NCBI GenBank assembly: GCA_963800895.1
Contig: CAWDDA010000016.1
Location: forward strand, 45,901 to 109,900
Length of the DNA: 64,000 nt
Source: an uncultured Acidobacteriota bacterium
GTDB taxonomy: Bacteria > Acidobacteriota > Blastocatellia > RBC074
Direction of reading: 5' to 3'
Shown here: positions 40,481-51,364 of the stretch, piece after piece
How positions within the stretch are numbered: position 1 is the first letter of the stretch
How the letters are laid out: the number at the start of each line of letters is the position of its first letter
Position numbers and translations under genes: made by a program
The notes under the pieces: generated by a model
Databases searched by the model: none
What the model saw: only the letters and a program-made list of their open reading frames with translations
Told to the model about the DNA's origin: nothing

Positions 40481-41192
40481 TCATTCGTCCTTCTTCCTGA
40501 GCGCGTCCAGCTCCGAGCTTAGCCATGCAACCTGTTCGGCTCTCTTTATGAGGGTTTTCTCGCCGGTGGGCCATTTGCGCTGTAGCTGTCGAAGCTCTTT
40601 CTCCTTTTGTCGAATGGCTTTCGTTGTATCTCGCGTGTTTGCCACCAGCTGACGCAGACGCGTTCCTTCATTCTCCGGGAGGTCCTTTATCAGTACGGGC
40701 TTTCCGAGGTCGGGTCTCGGGCCAATAGGCGGCGATGACGCCACAGGCTGGTCCCAGAGATGGTGCAAGAGCTCCCTGACATACGTCTCGAACCGGCGCG
40801 TGCTGCGGGCATCGAGATACTTTCTGCTTTTCAGAAAAGAGGGTAATGATTCCTGCGGGTCGCGCCCACGAAGAACCGGGATGAATTTCTTACGCGATGA
40901 CATGGCGGTGAACATTTCACCCGTAATCACGCCCGCCTCGTAACCGACACCGCCGAGCCGTGCGTTGGCTCTCTCTGCATAACGCGGTGTGCAGATCAGC
41001 GCCACGAATTGACTCTCCTGAATCGCCCTTTCCATATAGGCGGGCAGGTCCATGCCCGAGATGTGTTTCCCAGAGATCAAGGTGCGTAACTATGCCATTG
41101 CTGACAAGCGCTTCTGCGAGCCTTCGCACCCACCGCTCATGACGCTTGCCTTCCCACGCATAGCTGAGGAAACACGTTGGATTGTTCGCCAT
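40481..41192 (-). pseudogene. SEFIR/TIR-like (STIR superfamily) domain protein with C-terminal coiled coil; one frameshift near 41050-41080
   Basis: ORF 40917..41192 (CFLSYAWEGKRHERWVRRLAEALVSNGIVTHLDLWE) + ORF 40481..41080 (MDLPAYMERAIQESQFVALICTPRYAERANARLGGVGYEAGVITGEMF...RKKFIPVLRG) match SEFIR consensus (FISYS..W..L...GI.V..D.W....G.......I..S..V..V.TP.Y....GGVGYE....RKFIP.L); C-terminal 90 aa Lys/Glu/Arg-rich heptad-like. Confidence 0.6.
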
Positions 41193-41205
41193 GTCCCTTT
41201 CCAGC

Positions 41206-42228
41206 TTACTGCTGCTTGGGCGGATGATAGGCTTTGTAACGTAGGTTGATGGCTGCGTTTGGTGTGGTAATCAGGATGCGCCGCTTGACGATCGGGCTGA
41301 TACCTTCCGGATAGTAGGTCAGCTGGTAGCGCTCGTTGCGCAGCTCGTCGCAGATCTCTTTGACCGCTGTCTTCACATCGTCCTCGATCGAATAGACCTT
41401 GCCACCGGTACCAGTGGCCAATTGCTCGAGGACATACTCGGGCTTGGGCGCATCCTTGCGTAGGGCTCCCCGCGTTCGATCCTTAATCTCTACGACGTAA
41501 ACGGTAATATTCTCGTCCTGGAGCTTGCCAAGAATCTGATCGAATTTGATCTGACTACCTCGGTCAAGACCGTCGCCGACGACTACAATCACTCGCTTCG
41601 AAAAACCTATCGCGGGTCTCAGGACATCTTCCATAACGACGTTGAGCGAGTCGAAAAGACGCGGCTGATCAGTTTTGCGCAAGAGTGCCAGAGTGCCCTG
41701 GAGTGTTGCAGGTTCATCGGTGAAGTCGGTAATTACCTCGGGCTTGAGGTCATAACCGATGACCATTACCTTGTCGCCTTCATATATTTCAGGAGCGAAT
41801 GCAGCCGGCACGGCTGCAAGCTTCTTGATGTCGGTTTGGACAGTGGCTGAATTGTCCATGAGAATCACGATGCGTGCCGGCGTCGGATCAGGTGCAAAAC
41901 TTTCGATAGCCTGGAAAACGCCTCCGTCGTAAAGCTCTATTTCGTGCTTTGCAATCAGCTTTGCAGCATCTTCGTCGGTGAGTTTTGTTGAGAGCAGTCG
42001 GCGCGGTCGAGACGGGTCGTCGTTTCGGCGTCCAATTACATTGACCACAGTCGAACGTCTGGACGAGGTCGTAGCCCTTCCAGACTGCGCGTTACCCGGC
42101 TCAGGGAATAGCCAGAGGATACCGATGAGCGGTCCAAATATCAGCGCGATTTTTACTGCTCGAATTCCCGGTTTCAACTGCTGTCCAGTCGGGCAGGGCA
42201 TTCTATGGCTAATCAGCGACGAGCCCAC
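41206..42228 (-). CDS. Secreted VWA protein with TIGR03436-type C-terminal domain (LAExTGG...YxLxY)
   Basis: N-terminal TM/signal, VWA core (IVILMDNSATV...VIVVVGDGLDRGS), C-terminal LATGTGGKVYSIED...ELRNERYQLTYYP. Confidence 0.7.
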   Translation of the reverse strand: MGSSLISHRMPCPTGQQLKPGIRAVKIALIFGPLIGILWLFPEPGNAQSGRATTSSRRSTVVNVIGRRNDDPSRPRRLLSTKLTDEDAAKLIAKHEIELYDGGVFQAIESFAPDPTPARIVILMDNSATVQTDIKKLAAVPAAFAPEIYEGDKVMVIGYDLKPEVITDFTDEPATLQGTLALLRKTDQPRLFDSLNVVMEDVLRPAIGFSKRVIVVVGDGLDRGSQIKFDQILGKLQDENITVYVVEIKDRTRGALRKDAPKPEYVLEQLATGTGGKVYSIEDDVKTAVKEICDELRNERYQLTYYPEGISPIVKRRILITTPNAAINLRYKAYHPPKQQ

Positions 42229-42596
42229 TATTTGGGGGCGGACTTGCTATCTGAGGATGCGCCGGAACTGACGCCCTCCTTCGAACCACTCTTATCTTTC
42301 GAATCGGCCTTTGCTGTCTTTCCTGACTTTTCTGCCTTCGACTCAGTTTTTGAGTCACTCTTTGATTCCACTGTCGAATCCTTTGCGGCAGTCCCGTCGG
42401 CCGTTTCTGCTTTTCCTCGATTGGTATAATCGCTCACATACCAGCCCGAGCCTTTGAACTGAAAACTGGTCTGGGAAAAGACCTTTTCGAGCTTTCCGCG
42501 GCATTCGGGACAGCGAGTGAGCGGCTTGTCCGACATTTTCTGCATGATTTCGAGATGATGCTTGCACTTCTGGCAAACATACTCGTAGATGGGCAT
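42228..42596 (-). CDS. FmdB-family zinc-ribbon putative regulatory protein with Ser/Lys-rich disordered tail
   Basis: MPIYEYVCQKCKHHLEIMQKMSDKPLTRCPECRG (CxxC...CxxC FmdB ribbon); stop overlaps start of VWA gene. Confidence 0.7.
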   Translation of the reverse strand: MPIYEYVCQKCKHHLEIMQKMSDKPLTRCPECRGKLEKVFSQTSFQFKGSGWYVSDYTNRGKAETADGTAAKDSTVESKSDSKTESKAEKSGKTAKADSKDKSGSKEGVSSGASSDSKSAPK

Positions 42597-42719
42597 AGTG
42601 TCCTACCAGAGCCTCCTTCGATTAACAAATCTATCACGTCCATTATATGGTCGCAATCAGCACAATTTGCCAAACCTTGAAGCCGGGGGGCATAATGCGC
42701 CACGGAGTATCGGTTCAGA

Positions 42720-43289
42720 ATGGCACCTACAGAAACCGAAGTAAAAATCAGACTTGACGGGATTCAAAAACTCAATGACGCGGGGCTTATCCTTAACCTT
42801 AAGCGTAGTAAGCACTTCGAGGATAATTTCCTGCTCGACAGGGGGGGCCAGGAGCTTTCCAGTCGACTTGCCGCCTTGCGAATAAGGAAAACCGACGGTG
42901 GGCAAGGCAGCATCACGCTCAAGGAGATGCCGGGAGAAGACGCACCGGTTTCGCAGTTCAAATCGCGCATCGAATTCGAGACAAGCGTTGAAGATCCAGA
43001 CATAATGTTCCAGATCTTCGAGCGACTTGGATTTCGTTGCTGGTTTCGCTATCAGAAGTACCGTACGGTATACCGCGCTCAACTGCCGTCTGGACGTTCG
43101 CTTGATGTCATGATTGACGAGACACCAATTGGCAACTTTGTCGAGCTCGAAGGTGAAGAAGACGCTGTAAGCGAAGCGCTAAACACGCTCAACGTTTCAA
43201 AGAATGAGTATATCGTCAAAAGCTACCTGGCTTTGCAAATCGAGCGGTGCTCGGACGAGGGCCGACCGCTATCTGATCTGGTCTTCTAG
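42720..43289 (+). CDS. CYTH domain protein (class IV adenylyl cyclase / triphosphatase fold)
   Basis: TETEVKIRL (ExExK) N-terminal motif and overall 189 aa CYTH architecture. Confidence 0.7.
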   Translation: MAPTETEVKIRLDGIQKLNDAGLILNLKRSKHFEDNFLLDRGGQELSSRLAALRIRKTDGGQGSITLKEMPGEDAPVSQFKSRIEFETSVEDPDIMFQIFERLGFRCWFRYQKYRTVYRAQLPSGRSLDVMIDETPIGNFVELEGEEDAVSEALNTLNVSKNEYIVKSYLALQIERCSDEGRPLSDLVF

Positions 43290-43298
43290 AGGTACCGG

Positions 43299-44339
43299 GT
43301 GCGTGCTCTAATACTTGCCGCGGGTTTTGGCACAAGGCTCTGGCCGCTGACGATCGGACGCACCAAGCCAGCGATCCCGCTGATCAACAAGCCCCTCATC
43401 TCCTACACAATCGAATACCTTCGGAGATATGGTTTTGACGATCTGGTGATCAATCTTCATCACGAGCCGGCATCGGTTATGGATCAGATAGGTGACGGGT
43501 CGCGATATGGCGTGCGAATCACATATTCCATCGAAGAGCCGGAGATCCTTGGCACGGCCGGTGCCCTTGATCGAGTACGCGACTTTTTCTCTGAGTCGAG
43601 TTTTATAGTCGTAAACGGAAAGATCGTTACCGAGATCGATCTTCAAGCTGCGCTGTCTACTCATCGTGCGGCAAATGCGATAGCGACTCTCGTTCTTCGT
43701 CCGAACCCTTTTCGCGAACGCTTCAGCGAGGTCGAGATAACGCCGGACGGTGGCATCGGCCGCTTTGCTGGCTTTCCGGTCCCCGTATTAGATACTGACC
43801 ACCGGCCACTGACCACCGGCTCCCCGTCCCCGACCCCCGACCCCCGACCCCTGACCCCTGCTCCGCTGATGTTCACCGGGATTCACGTTCTCGAGCCATC
43901 GATCTTCAAGTACATCCCGCGCCGCGTCTTTTCTGACACAGTGCGCGATGTATATCCGGAAGCAATAGGAGCTGGAGAGAAGATAGTTGCTCATATTGCA
44001 AATGAAAGCTGGTATGAGCTGAGTACGGTAGCGCGCTACCTCGCTGTGAGCCTTGAGTTCCTCGCTCGTGACGGTAGAACGTGGCTGGCAGGCGAGGGAT
44101 GCGAGATAGATGCGACCGCAACCGTGGAACGTTCGATACTTTGGCAGGGAGTACGGGTGGGAGCGGGTGCGCGTCTCTCACGGTGTATTGTCGGGGACGA
44201 CGTGACGATACCGGGCGGCTCTGAGTTCAATGCCGCAGCAATAGTCAAGGCAGATCAGCAGGCGATTCTGGAAAGGCCCGAGAAGGCCAATCCGGGTACG
44301 ATCATCGGCGAAAATCTTGTGGTACCTTTCCGGGAATGA
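43299..44339 (+). CDS. Sugar-phosphate nucleotidyltransferase (N-terminal NTP-transferase + C-terminal LbH), contains in-frame repeat-derived Pro-rich insert
   Basis: [18 protein letters not shown]...GTAGAL signature; residues encoded at about 43823-43866 ([15 protein letters not shown]) derive from the C-rich GACCCCCGACCCC repeat also seen at 33021-33060. Confidence 0.7.
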   Translation: MRALILAAGFGTRLWPLTIGRTKPAIPLINKPLISYTIEYLRRYGFDDLVINLHHEPASVMDQIGDGSRYGVRITYSIEEPEILGTAGALDRVRDFFSESSFIVVNGKIVTEIDLQAALSTHRAANAIATLVLRPNPFRERFSEVEITPDGGIGRFAGFPVPVLDTDHRPLTTGSPSPTPDPRPLTPAPLMFTGIHVLEPSIFKYIPRRVFSDTVRDVYPEAIGAGEKIVAHIANESWYELSTVARYLAVSLEFLARDGRTWLAGEGCEIDATATVERSILWQGVRVGAGARLSRCIVGDDVTIPGGSEFNAAAIVKADQQAILERPEKANPGTIIGENLVVPFRE

Positions 44340-44472
44340 TAGGATTTGGCCTTTGAAATTCCGCACAGGATTGGTGATTCATCGCCTGGTTCCGAGCCCC
44401 CTTCCGGCCGCCGTTTGCTCTCCGGCAATAGCCTGCTCGAGTGCGTTTCAAGCGACAGGCGAGCTACAAATT

Positions 44473-45552
44473 ATGGCAACTAACATCACTGCAAGAAGAC
44501 AGCGAACCGCAAATACCGCAGATCTGAGTGAGAAGCGAGTACGGCGCTATGCTGCACGCTACCTTTCGGTTCCACCGCGCACTGTACGCGTTGAGCCGCT
44601 GACACCGGACGCTTCGACGCGCAAGTATTATCGTGTGAGCGCAGATCGCGATCCCAACCACACGCTCATCATCAGCCTTTATCCGGCGCCCTTTGATCCT
44701 CAGGACAACAGCTTTCTCGATGTGACAAGGCTGTTCGAGAAAGGCGGACTCCCGGTTCCTCAGGTGATTGACGTCGCAGGAACAGAAGGAATCATCCTTC
44801 AGGAAGACCTTGGAGATCAGAGCCTGTCCAAATGGATTGAAGGCGCGATCGCACTCAGGAATGACGTTGCGATTGATGCGATGCTCGCCCGCGCAATCGA
44901 TCTTATCGTCAAGATCCAGCAGGCATCCCAACTGGCATCGGAAATGAATTCAGTTGCGTGTTGCCTTGCGTTTGACGAAGACAAGCTCGGATGGGAGCTG
45001 AATTTCTTCTTTGATCACTACTTCGGCAGTTTGAGGCACGAGGTGTTTGATCCGGCTGAAGAAGAGGCGATCAGGAATGATCTGAAAGCCATTGCGGCGT
45101 CGCTTGCAGCACGGCCACGTGTGCTTTGCCACCGCGACTATCATTCCATGAACCTGATGGTGGATCTGCATGGCGATCTCAGAGTGATCGATCATCAGGA
45201 TGCTCGCATGGGACCCGTAAGCTATGACCTGGTGCCGCTGCTGGTCGAAAGAAGGCTTGAGCCGGTACCCCAGGCATGGGTCGACGAACAGATCGATTAC
45301 TTCCTTTCAGCTCGCGAAAGGGCCGGTCTCCCGTCGATTGAACGGCGTGACTTCATAAACGAGTTCAATCTGATGACGATTCAGAGGCAGCTCAAAGCGA
45401 CAGGCACTTTTTCATATCAGACCGGAGTTCTCGGCCGAGGTGAGTACTACTCACAGTACGTCAAGGCAGCCGTAACGACCGTTTTGAGAGCAATGGAAGC
45501 TTACGCAGCGACTGAGTACCGCGCGCTTCGCAGTGCGCTGGAACGTGTGTAG
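44473..45552 (+). CDS. Aminoglycoside-phosphotransferase (APH) family kinase, AmgK-like candidate
   Basis: [13 protein letters not shown] (Brenner HRD motif) ... [15 protein letters not shown] (DxxD); ORF 44317..45552 with likely start Met 44473. Confidence 0.65.
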   Translation: MATNITARRQRTANTADLSEKRVRRYAARYLSVPPRTVRVEPLTPDASTRKYYRVSADRDPNHTLIISLYPAPFDPQDNSFLDVTRLFEKGGLPVPQVIDVAGTEGIILQEDLGDQSLSKWIEGAIALRNDVAIDAMLARAIDLIVKIQQASQLASEMNSVACCLAFDEDKLGWELNFFFDHYFGSLRHEVFDPAEEEAIRNDLKAIAASLAARPRVLCHRDYHSMNLMVDLHGDLRVIDHQDARMGPVSYDLVPLLVERRLEPVPQAWVDEQIDYFLSARERAGLPSIERRDFINEFNLMTIQRQLKATGTFSYQTGVLGRGEYYSQYVKAAVTTVLRAMEAYAATEYRALRSALERV

Positions 45553-45604
45553 CCCCGGGAACGCTGGCGTCTCGCCGGCGTTTCCGCCGCTTCAAATTCT
45601 TTCT

Positions 45605-46915
45605 ATGTCTCAAGTATACCTGACAGAAATCAGCCACCACCTTGGCAAAGAGGTGACGATCAAAGGCTGGCTTTACAATAAACGATCGAGTGGGAAGCTC
45701 GCCTTTCTCGAGGTTCGCGATGGCAGTGGATTGATTCAGGCGATTGTTTCAAGGAAGGACGTAAGCGAGCTGGTGTGGTCAGATTGCGAGCGTGTTACGC
45801 AGGAGTCTGCCATTATCGTGCGCGGTGTTCCTCGAGAGCATCCCAAGCGCCCGGGTGTCTATGAGCTCGACGTAAGCGAACTCGAGATTGTTCAGCTTGC
45901 ACACGAGTACCCGATAACTCCGAAAGAACACGGCGTTGAGTTTCTCATGGACCATCGCCACCTGTGGCTGCGTTCTCGCCGCCAGCATTCAATCCTGCGC
46001 GTTCGTCACGAAGTAATACGCGCGGTGCGCGACTACTTCGACAGCAATGGTTTTATCCTCTGCGACACGCCGGTATTCACACCTGCGGCGTGCGAGGGGA
46101 CAACCACTCTGTTCGAGGTTGATTACTTTGACGAGCATGCTTACCTGACGCAATCAGGACAGCTTTACAACGAAGCGACGGCCGCAGCCTTCGGCAAGGT
46201 CTATTGTTTTGGTCCGACATTTCGCGCGGAGAAATCCAAGACCCGCCGACATCTCACCGAGTTCTGGATGGTCGAGCCCGAGGTGGCGTATGCAAGGCTC
46301 GACGACATCATGGTGCTCGCTGAAAAGTTCCTGAGCTATGTTGTCGGCCGCGTGCTCGAGACACGTCGCGAAGAATTAAAGCACCTTGAGCGCGATACAG
46401 CGGCACTTGAGAAGGTGATTCCACCATTCAAGAGGCTTGCCTACGATGAGGCAGTGAAGCTCCTGCAGCAAGGTCACGCCGAAGGGAAGCTCGAGCACAG
46501 CTTTGAATGGGGTGGAGATTTTGGCTCGCCGGATGAAACCTATCTCTCCAGTCTCTTTGATCGACCAACGATGGTGCATCGCTATCCTGCAGCAGTCAAA
46601 GCGTTCTATATGGAGCCGGACCCTGAGCGGCGTGAATTGGCGCTGTGTGTCGATGTGCTCGCGCCGGAAGGGTACGGAGAGATCATTGGAGGTGGAGAGC
46701 GGGCATCGTCGCTTGATCTATTGCTCGAGCGCATTCACGAGCACAACCTGCCGGAAGAAGCCTTCAACTGGTATCTCGACCTGAGAAAATATGGAAGCGT
46801 GCCCCACGCTGGTTTTGGAATGGGAATCGAACGTGCCGTTGGCTGGATCTGCGGTCTCGAGCACGTGCGCGAAACAATCCCCTTTCCGAGGATGATGTAT
46901 CGGCTGAGACCATAG
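45605..46915 (+). CDS. asnS: Asparagine--tRNA ligase (class IIb aaRS)
   Basis: [24 protein letters not shown] motif 2 closely matches AsnRS (EFWMLEPE); OB-fold N-terminus [23 protein letters not shown]; 436 aa. Confidence 0.75.
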   Translation: MSQVYLTEISHHLGKEVTIKGWLYNKRSSGKLAFLEVRDGSGLIQAIVSRKDVSELVWSDCERVTQESAIIVRGVPREHPKRPGVYELDVSELEIVQLAHEYPITPKEHGVEFLMDHRHLWLRSRRQHSILRVRHEVIRAVRDYFDSNGFILCDTPVFTPAACEGTTTLFEVDYFDEHAYLTQSGQLYNEATAAAFGKVYCFGPTFRAEKSKTRRHLTEFWMVEPEVAYARLDDIMVLAEKFLSYVVGRVLETRREELKHLERDTAALEKVIPPFKRLAYDEAVKLLQQGHAEGKLEHSFEWGGDFGSPDETYLSSLFDRPTMVHRYPAAVKAFYMEPDPERRELALCVDVLAPEGYGEIIGGGERASSLDLLLERIHEHNLPEEAFNWYLDLRKYGSVPHAGFGMGIERAVGWICGLEHVRETIPFPRMMYRLRP

Positions 46916-46920
46916 AGAGA

Positions 46921-47069
46921 GTGCTGGGTGCTAGAGAAAGTGCTGAGTGCTGAGTGCTGAGTACCGAGTATGGAGTTCAAACTTTCAGTTTGCTCGTATA
47001 ATTCGATGGGCTTAACAGCAAGCTTAAAGCTTGAACTCCATACTCAGCACTCAGCACTCAGCACTCGCA
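46921..47069. repeat. Family C palindrome flanked by (GTGCTGA)n / (CTCAGCA)n heptamer arms
   Basis: Read directly. Confidence 0.85.
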
Positions 47070-47079
47070 CCATTTTCTT

Positions 47080-47820
47080 ATGCAAGAGAGTAACGTGACA
47101 GACCAGCCCGCCCCCCAGGTGGCGACGCAGATCGTCCCTATGCCGGACAAGCCGGTGGCAGGGCATGTCTGGCGAAGCGCTGCAGAAATGCATCAGGCGC
47201 GCGAATTCCGGCGTCGGACGGGATTCGATTACGAGGTGATGGTCAATCATCTTGCCGATGCTGCCGGGCTCATGACCGGCTGCCGCGTTCTGAACGTTGC
47301 GACCGGAACTGGATTTGTTGCGCGTCAATTGGCGATTAGAGCCGATGCAAAAGGCACAGTGTTTGGCATTGACGCAGAGCCCGAGATGATCGATCAGGCA
47401 CGGCTCGGCGCCCAGGCTGCGGGTCTAACGCTGCGCACCGAATGGCGGGTCGCAACTGCGGATAATCTTCCTTTCCACGACGGCGACTTTGACAGTGTTA
47501 CGTGCGCGGCGTCTTTTCACCTTTTGCCGACTGAAGCATTCCTTCATGAGGCGCATCGTGTATTACGTCCGGGAGGACGGCTTGTGATCGCGGATGAGCT
47601 CAAGTCGCCCGCGGGTCTTCTATCCTTCTGGCTGGCTTTCCTGAGAGGCTACGATCGCATCGTTCGCCATCAACACACCAATCCGAACGAGCAGTTCTTT
47701 CACGCGGAAGAGATAGTAGGAATCCTCAGCGAAGCCGGATTCTCTCAAATAGTCGTCAAGGGTCTTCAGCCACGCAACCGCCGGGGCAGGGTCTTCTCTC
47801 TGGTCAAAGCGACCAAGTGA
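47080..47820 (+). CDS. Class I SAM-dependent methyltransferase
   Basis: VLNVATGTGFVARQLA (motif I), RPGGRLVIAD (motif post-II). Confidence 0.75.
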   Translation: MQESNVTDQPAPQVATQIVPMPDKPVAGHVWRSAAEMHQAREFRRRTGFDYEVMVNHLADAAGLMTGCRVLNVATGTGFVARQLAIRADAKGTVFGIDAEPEMIDQARLGAQAAGLTLRTEWRVATADNLPFHDGDFDSVTCAASFHLLPTEAFLHEAHRVLRPGGRLVIADELKSPAGLLSFWLAFLRGYDRIVRHQHTNPNEQFFHAEEIVGILSEAGFSQIVVKGLQPRNRRGRVFSLVKATK

Positions 47821-47832
47821 CATGTAAGTAAC

Positions 47833-48777
47833 ATGAACGAAGCCGGAAGCGACCCAAAGCCAGCCGAACAAAAAAAAGTTTTCATCATCGGTGTTCTGAT
47901 GGACCTTGGAGCGGACCGCCGTGGTGTCGACATGGGTCCGTCGGCAATTCGCGTCGCAAGACTCAACGAGAGGCTCAGTGAGCTCGGCCTTGAAGTAACC
48001 GATGCAGGCAACATCGCGGTCAGAAATCCCGAGATGATGTCGATCATCGATCATAGCGCCAAGTACCTCCATGAGATCACTGCAGCCTGCGAATCCCTTT
48101 CCCAACATGTCGAACAGGCATTGGAGCGCGCCGAAACTCCGATTGTGCTCGGCGGTGATCATTCGATTGCTGCCGGAAGCGTTTCGGGTCTTGCGTCGTT
48201 CTACCGTAAACACGACAAACGGGTTGGCGTCATCTGGTTTGACGCGCACGGCGATATGAACACTCCCGATACTTCGCCATCAGGCAACATCCACGGAATG
48301 CCCTTTGCCGCTATTCTCGGGTATGGACCAAAGGAATTGACGAACATCGCCGGATTCTCACCCAAGGTTCAGGCCGAGGATTGCGTTCTTATCGGAGCCC
48401 GAAGCGTGGATCCAGCCGAGGCTGTTGCACTGAAGAAGTCCGGCGTTCGAGTGGTTACAATGCGCGAGCTGGATGAGAGAGGGATGAGCGCTGTGATGGA
48501 TGAAGCGATGTGGCTCGCTTCGCGCAGGACCGCAGGGTTTCATGTAACCATGGACATGGACTTTGTCGATCCTGACTTTGCACCCGGCGTGGGGACACCG
48601 GTTCCGGGCGGTCCCACCTACCGAGAAAGTCATCTTGCGATGGAAAAGATTGCCGACTCGGGCAAAATGCTTTCGTTTGAGCTGACTGAAGTCAATCCGG
48701 TATTGGATACGGAGAATCGCACGGCAGAGCTTGGTGTTCAGTTGATTCTCTCAGCATTTGGAAAGAAGATTCTTTGA
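47833..48777 (+). CDS. Arginase/ureohydrolase family (arginase-like)
   Basis: [20 protein letters not shown], DxDxVDP manganese-binding motifs. Confidence 0.8.
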   Translation: MNEAGSDPKPAEQKKVFIIGVLMDLGADRRGVDMGPSAIRVARLNERLSELGLEVTDAGNIAVRNPEMMSIIDHSAKYLHEITAACESLSQHVEQALERAETPIVLGGDHSIAAGSVSGLASFYRKHDKRVGVIWFDAHGDMNTPDTSPSGNIHGMPFAAILGYGPKELTNIAGFSPKVQAEDCVLIGARSVDPAEAVALKKSGVRVVTMRELDERGMSAVMDEAMWLASRRTAGFHVTMDMDFVDPDFAPGVGTPVPGGPTYRESHLAMEKIADSGKMLSFELTEVNPVLDTENRTAELGVQLILSAFGKKIL

Positions 48778-49880
48778 CGTCCCACACAAAACGAATCAAG
48801 GTTGGAGTTGTTTTCGGCGGCCGATCGGGAGAGCACGAAATCTCGTTACGATCGGCCGATTCGATCATTCGTGCGCTGGACCCGGCGAAGTATGAGTGCG
48901 TCCCGATCGCAATCACCAAATCGGGCAAATGGCTCACTTCAAGTGACGCAACACGGTTGCTGCCCGGCGCCGTTATTGAGGCCGCCGACACGCACGTGGC
49001 AATTCTCGGCGATCCGACCGAGACCGGACTCCAGCATCTTGACGGAAGCGACGCGCCTGAACGACCACTGGATGTTGTCTTCCCGGTTCTACATGGCACG
49101 TTTGGCGAGGACGGCACTATTCAGGGTCTTCTCGAAATGGCCGGCATTCCCTACGTTGGCTGTGGCGTTCTGGCGTCATCAGCCGGCATGGACAAGGTCA
49201 TCATGAAGCAGCTGTTCCGCGAAGCGGGGCTTCCGATTGTTGGCTACACATCGCTTCTGAGAACACAATTTGAGCAGGACTCCGAGAGCGTACTCAATCG
49301 GGTTGTCGAGGCGGTCGGGTTCCCGTGTTTTGTTAAACCTGCAAATCTTGGCTCGTCGGTCGGGATATCAAAAGCAAGAGATCGCAAGAGCCTGAAGGAA
49401 GGCATCGCCGTTGCCTCACGATACGATCGCAAGATCATAGTCGAGGAGGGAGTCGACGCTCGCGAGATTGAAGTCAGCGTGCTTGGCAATGATTCGCCGG
49501 AAGCCAGTCTTCCAGGTGAGATCATCCCTCAGACGGCCGAGTTCTATGACTACAAGGCGAAGTACCTTGATGACAACGGCGCGCGACTCGAGATTCCAGC
49601 GCAGTTGCCGCAGGCCACCGTCAATGAGCTCCAGGACCTTGCTGTCAAGGCGTTCAAAGCGATTGATGGGTCCGGGTTGGCACGTGTCGACTTCTTTATA
49701 TTGAAAGATTCAGGAAAGATTCTGGTCAACGAGATCAACACGATGCCCGGATTCACATCGATCAGCATGTATCCAAAGCTGTGGGAGGCGAGCGGCGTGA
49801 GCTATTCTGAGCTTGTTGACCGGTTGATCGCTCTGGCAATCGAGCGTCACAAAGAGAACTCTAGAAATGCGTATGAGTAA
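48774..49880 (+). CDS. ddl: D-alanine--D-alanine ligase
   Basis: [21 protein letters not shown]-terminus, ATP-grasp core ([34 protein letters not shown]). Confidence 0.85.
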   Translation: MTSHTKRIKVGVVFGGRSGEHEISLRSADSIIRALDPAKYECVPIAITKSGKWLTSSDATRLLPGAVIEAADTHVAILGDPTETGLQHLDGSDAPERPLDVVFPVLHGTFGEDGTIQGLLEMAGIPYVGCGVLASSAGMDKVIMKQLFREAGLPIVGYTSLLRTQFEQDSESVLNRVVEAVGFPCFVKPANLGSSVGISKARDRKSLKEGIAVASRYDRKIIVEEGVDAREIEVSVLGNDSPEASLPGEIIPQTAEFYDYKAKYLDDNGARLEIPAQLPQATVNELQDLAVKAFKAIDGSGLARVDFFILKDSGKILVNEINTMPGFTSISMYPKLWEASGVSYSELVDRLIALAIERHKENSRNAYE

Positions 49881-49883
49881 GTG

Positions 49884-49952
49884 ACGTTGTACCGCCTTCA
49901 GGCGGAATCCTGGATTGCAACCATTCCAGCCTGAGGACGGTACAACGTACCT
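49884..49952. repeat. Family A inverted pair variant (…GCCTTCAGGCGGAAT… / …ATTCCAGCCTGAGGACGG…)
   Basis: Between convergent ddl and atpE. Confidence 0.8.
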
Positions 49953-49964
49953 TTTGTAAGATGC

Positions 49965-50291
49965 TTATTGCGGGTTCGGGATCTTCAGCAATACAACCAC
50001 GAAGGTGAAGATGACGAGCGTTTCGATAAACGCTAGTCCAAGAATCATTGCAGTCTGAATCCTTGGGTAAGCGCTTGGATTGCGCGCGGCGCCTTCACAG
50101 GCAGAGGATGCCACGCGTCCCTGCCCAAGTCCCGCCAAGCCTGCAGCAATACCGAATCCTATGCCCGCGCCGAGGTAGCCCAGACCGGAATTCGAGCTTC
50201 CAGCGGCCTCGGGAGCTTGTGCAAAAGTTGGAATGGCACAGAAGAGTGTCGTCGCAATCGCGAAGAATACTCTTCGAAATGTCAGAGTCAT
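49965..50291 (-). CDS. atpE: F0F1 ATP synthase subunit c (with N-terminal extension)
   Basis: GLGYLGAGIGFGIAAGLAGLGQG...AMILGLAFIETLVIFTFVV hairpin with conserved carboxylate (E). Confidence 0.8.
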   Translation of the reverse strand: MTLTFRRVFFAIATTLFCAIPTFAQAPEAAGSSNSGLGYLGAGIGFGIAAGLAGLGQGRVASSACEGAARNPSAYPRIQTAMILGLAFIETLVIFTFVVVLLKIPNPQ

Positions 50292-50455
50292 ATCAATCTC
50301 CTTTTTATCTCTACCTCGCGATGCGCAAATCGCTTCCGGCTTCGGGATAAGTTCGACGCCAGGTATTCAAGACGTGTCCGGGGGGACCGCCAGGCTCCAT
50401 CCGACGTTTCAACCGCGGTAATTGAAACCGAGCTCGATACGCGCAACCTCGATTG

Positions 50456-51337
50456 CTAGTGAGCCGCGGCGAGTTCGCCGTGACTCGAGTCCTTGCCATC
50501 CTTGGCGTGATCATCGTCGTGATGTGTGACCTCACCAAGGTAAATCATCGAGAGCATCATGAAGATAAATGTCTGCAGGACTGAGGTTAAAAGAGCAAGT
50601 GGAAACATGAAGATCGGCACGATCCATGGAACTAGACCCGCAATTGTTCCACTTGCCTGTTCCTCACCATAAATGTTGCCGAAGAGGCGCAGGGAAAGAC
50701 TCAGGATGCGCGCGAGATTGCTCACGATCTCGATCGGAAACATCATAAAAGCAATAAACGGTACGGGGCCGGCAAAGTGTTTCAAGTGGCCAATAAGCCC
50801 GTTCTGTTTGATCCCGATCCAGTTGTAGTAAAGAAATGAAGTTATTGCGAGCGCCAGCGTCACGTTGAAATTTGCCGTCGGCGCAACCATGTCCGGTAGC
50901 AGTCCCATGAGGTTGGAAATGAGAATCAACGTTCCGAAGGTCGCGACTATTGGAAAATGTTTGACACCTTTCGGACCTATGAGCTCGACGAGCAAATTCC
51001 TGAGACCTTCTACACCCACCTCGAGACTCTGCTGGCGATTTGTCGGCGATTCGACTGAGAGCTTCCTGCGCAGCAGTGCAAGCACTACGACGGCAATTAT
51101 CAGCATGATAAAGAACATGACGACGTGTGTCGGAATTGCATGATTCCCGGCGGCGACGAACTGCTCGTACGTCATTCCTTCCCCGGGCCAGTGGGAACCG
51201 AGCAACCCGTAGATAGGAGGCATAAGCATTGACTCGAGCTGGAATGCAACCGGCCCGAGAAAGTGATTGACCTGTTCGACAATCCACGGCACATGCTCGC
51301 CGTGCGCAGCTTCCTGTTGTGCTGAATTGAGTAACAT
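50456..51337 (-). CDS. atpB: F0F1 ATP synthase subunit a
   Basis: [13 protein letters not shown] essential Arg region; 5-6 TM helices. Confidence 0.8.
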   Translation of the reverse strand: MLLNSAQQEAAHGEHVPWIVEQVNHFLGPVAFQLESMLMPPIYGLLGSHWPGEGMTYEQFVAAGNHAIPTHVVMFFIMLIIAVVVLALLRRKLSVESPTNRQQSLEVGVEGLRNLLVELIGPKGVKHFPIVATFGTLILISNLMGLLPDMVAPTANFNVTLALAITSFLYYNWIGIKQNGLIGHLKHFAGPVPFIAFMMFPIEIVSNLARILSLSLRLFGNIYGEEQASGTIAGLVPWIVPIFMFPLALLTSVLQTFIFMMLSMIYLGEVTHHDDDHAKDGKDSSHGELAAAH

Positions 51338-51364
51338 AATTCTATATTTCCCGTACGTGTGCGC

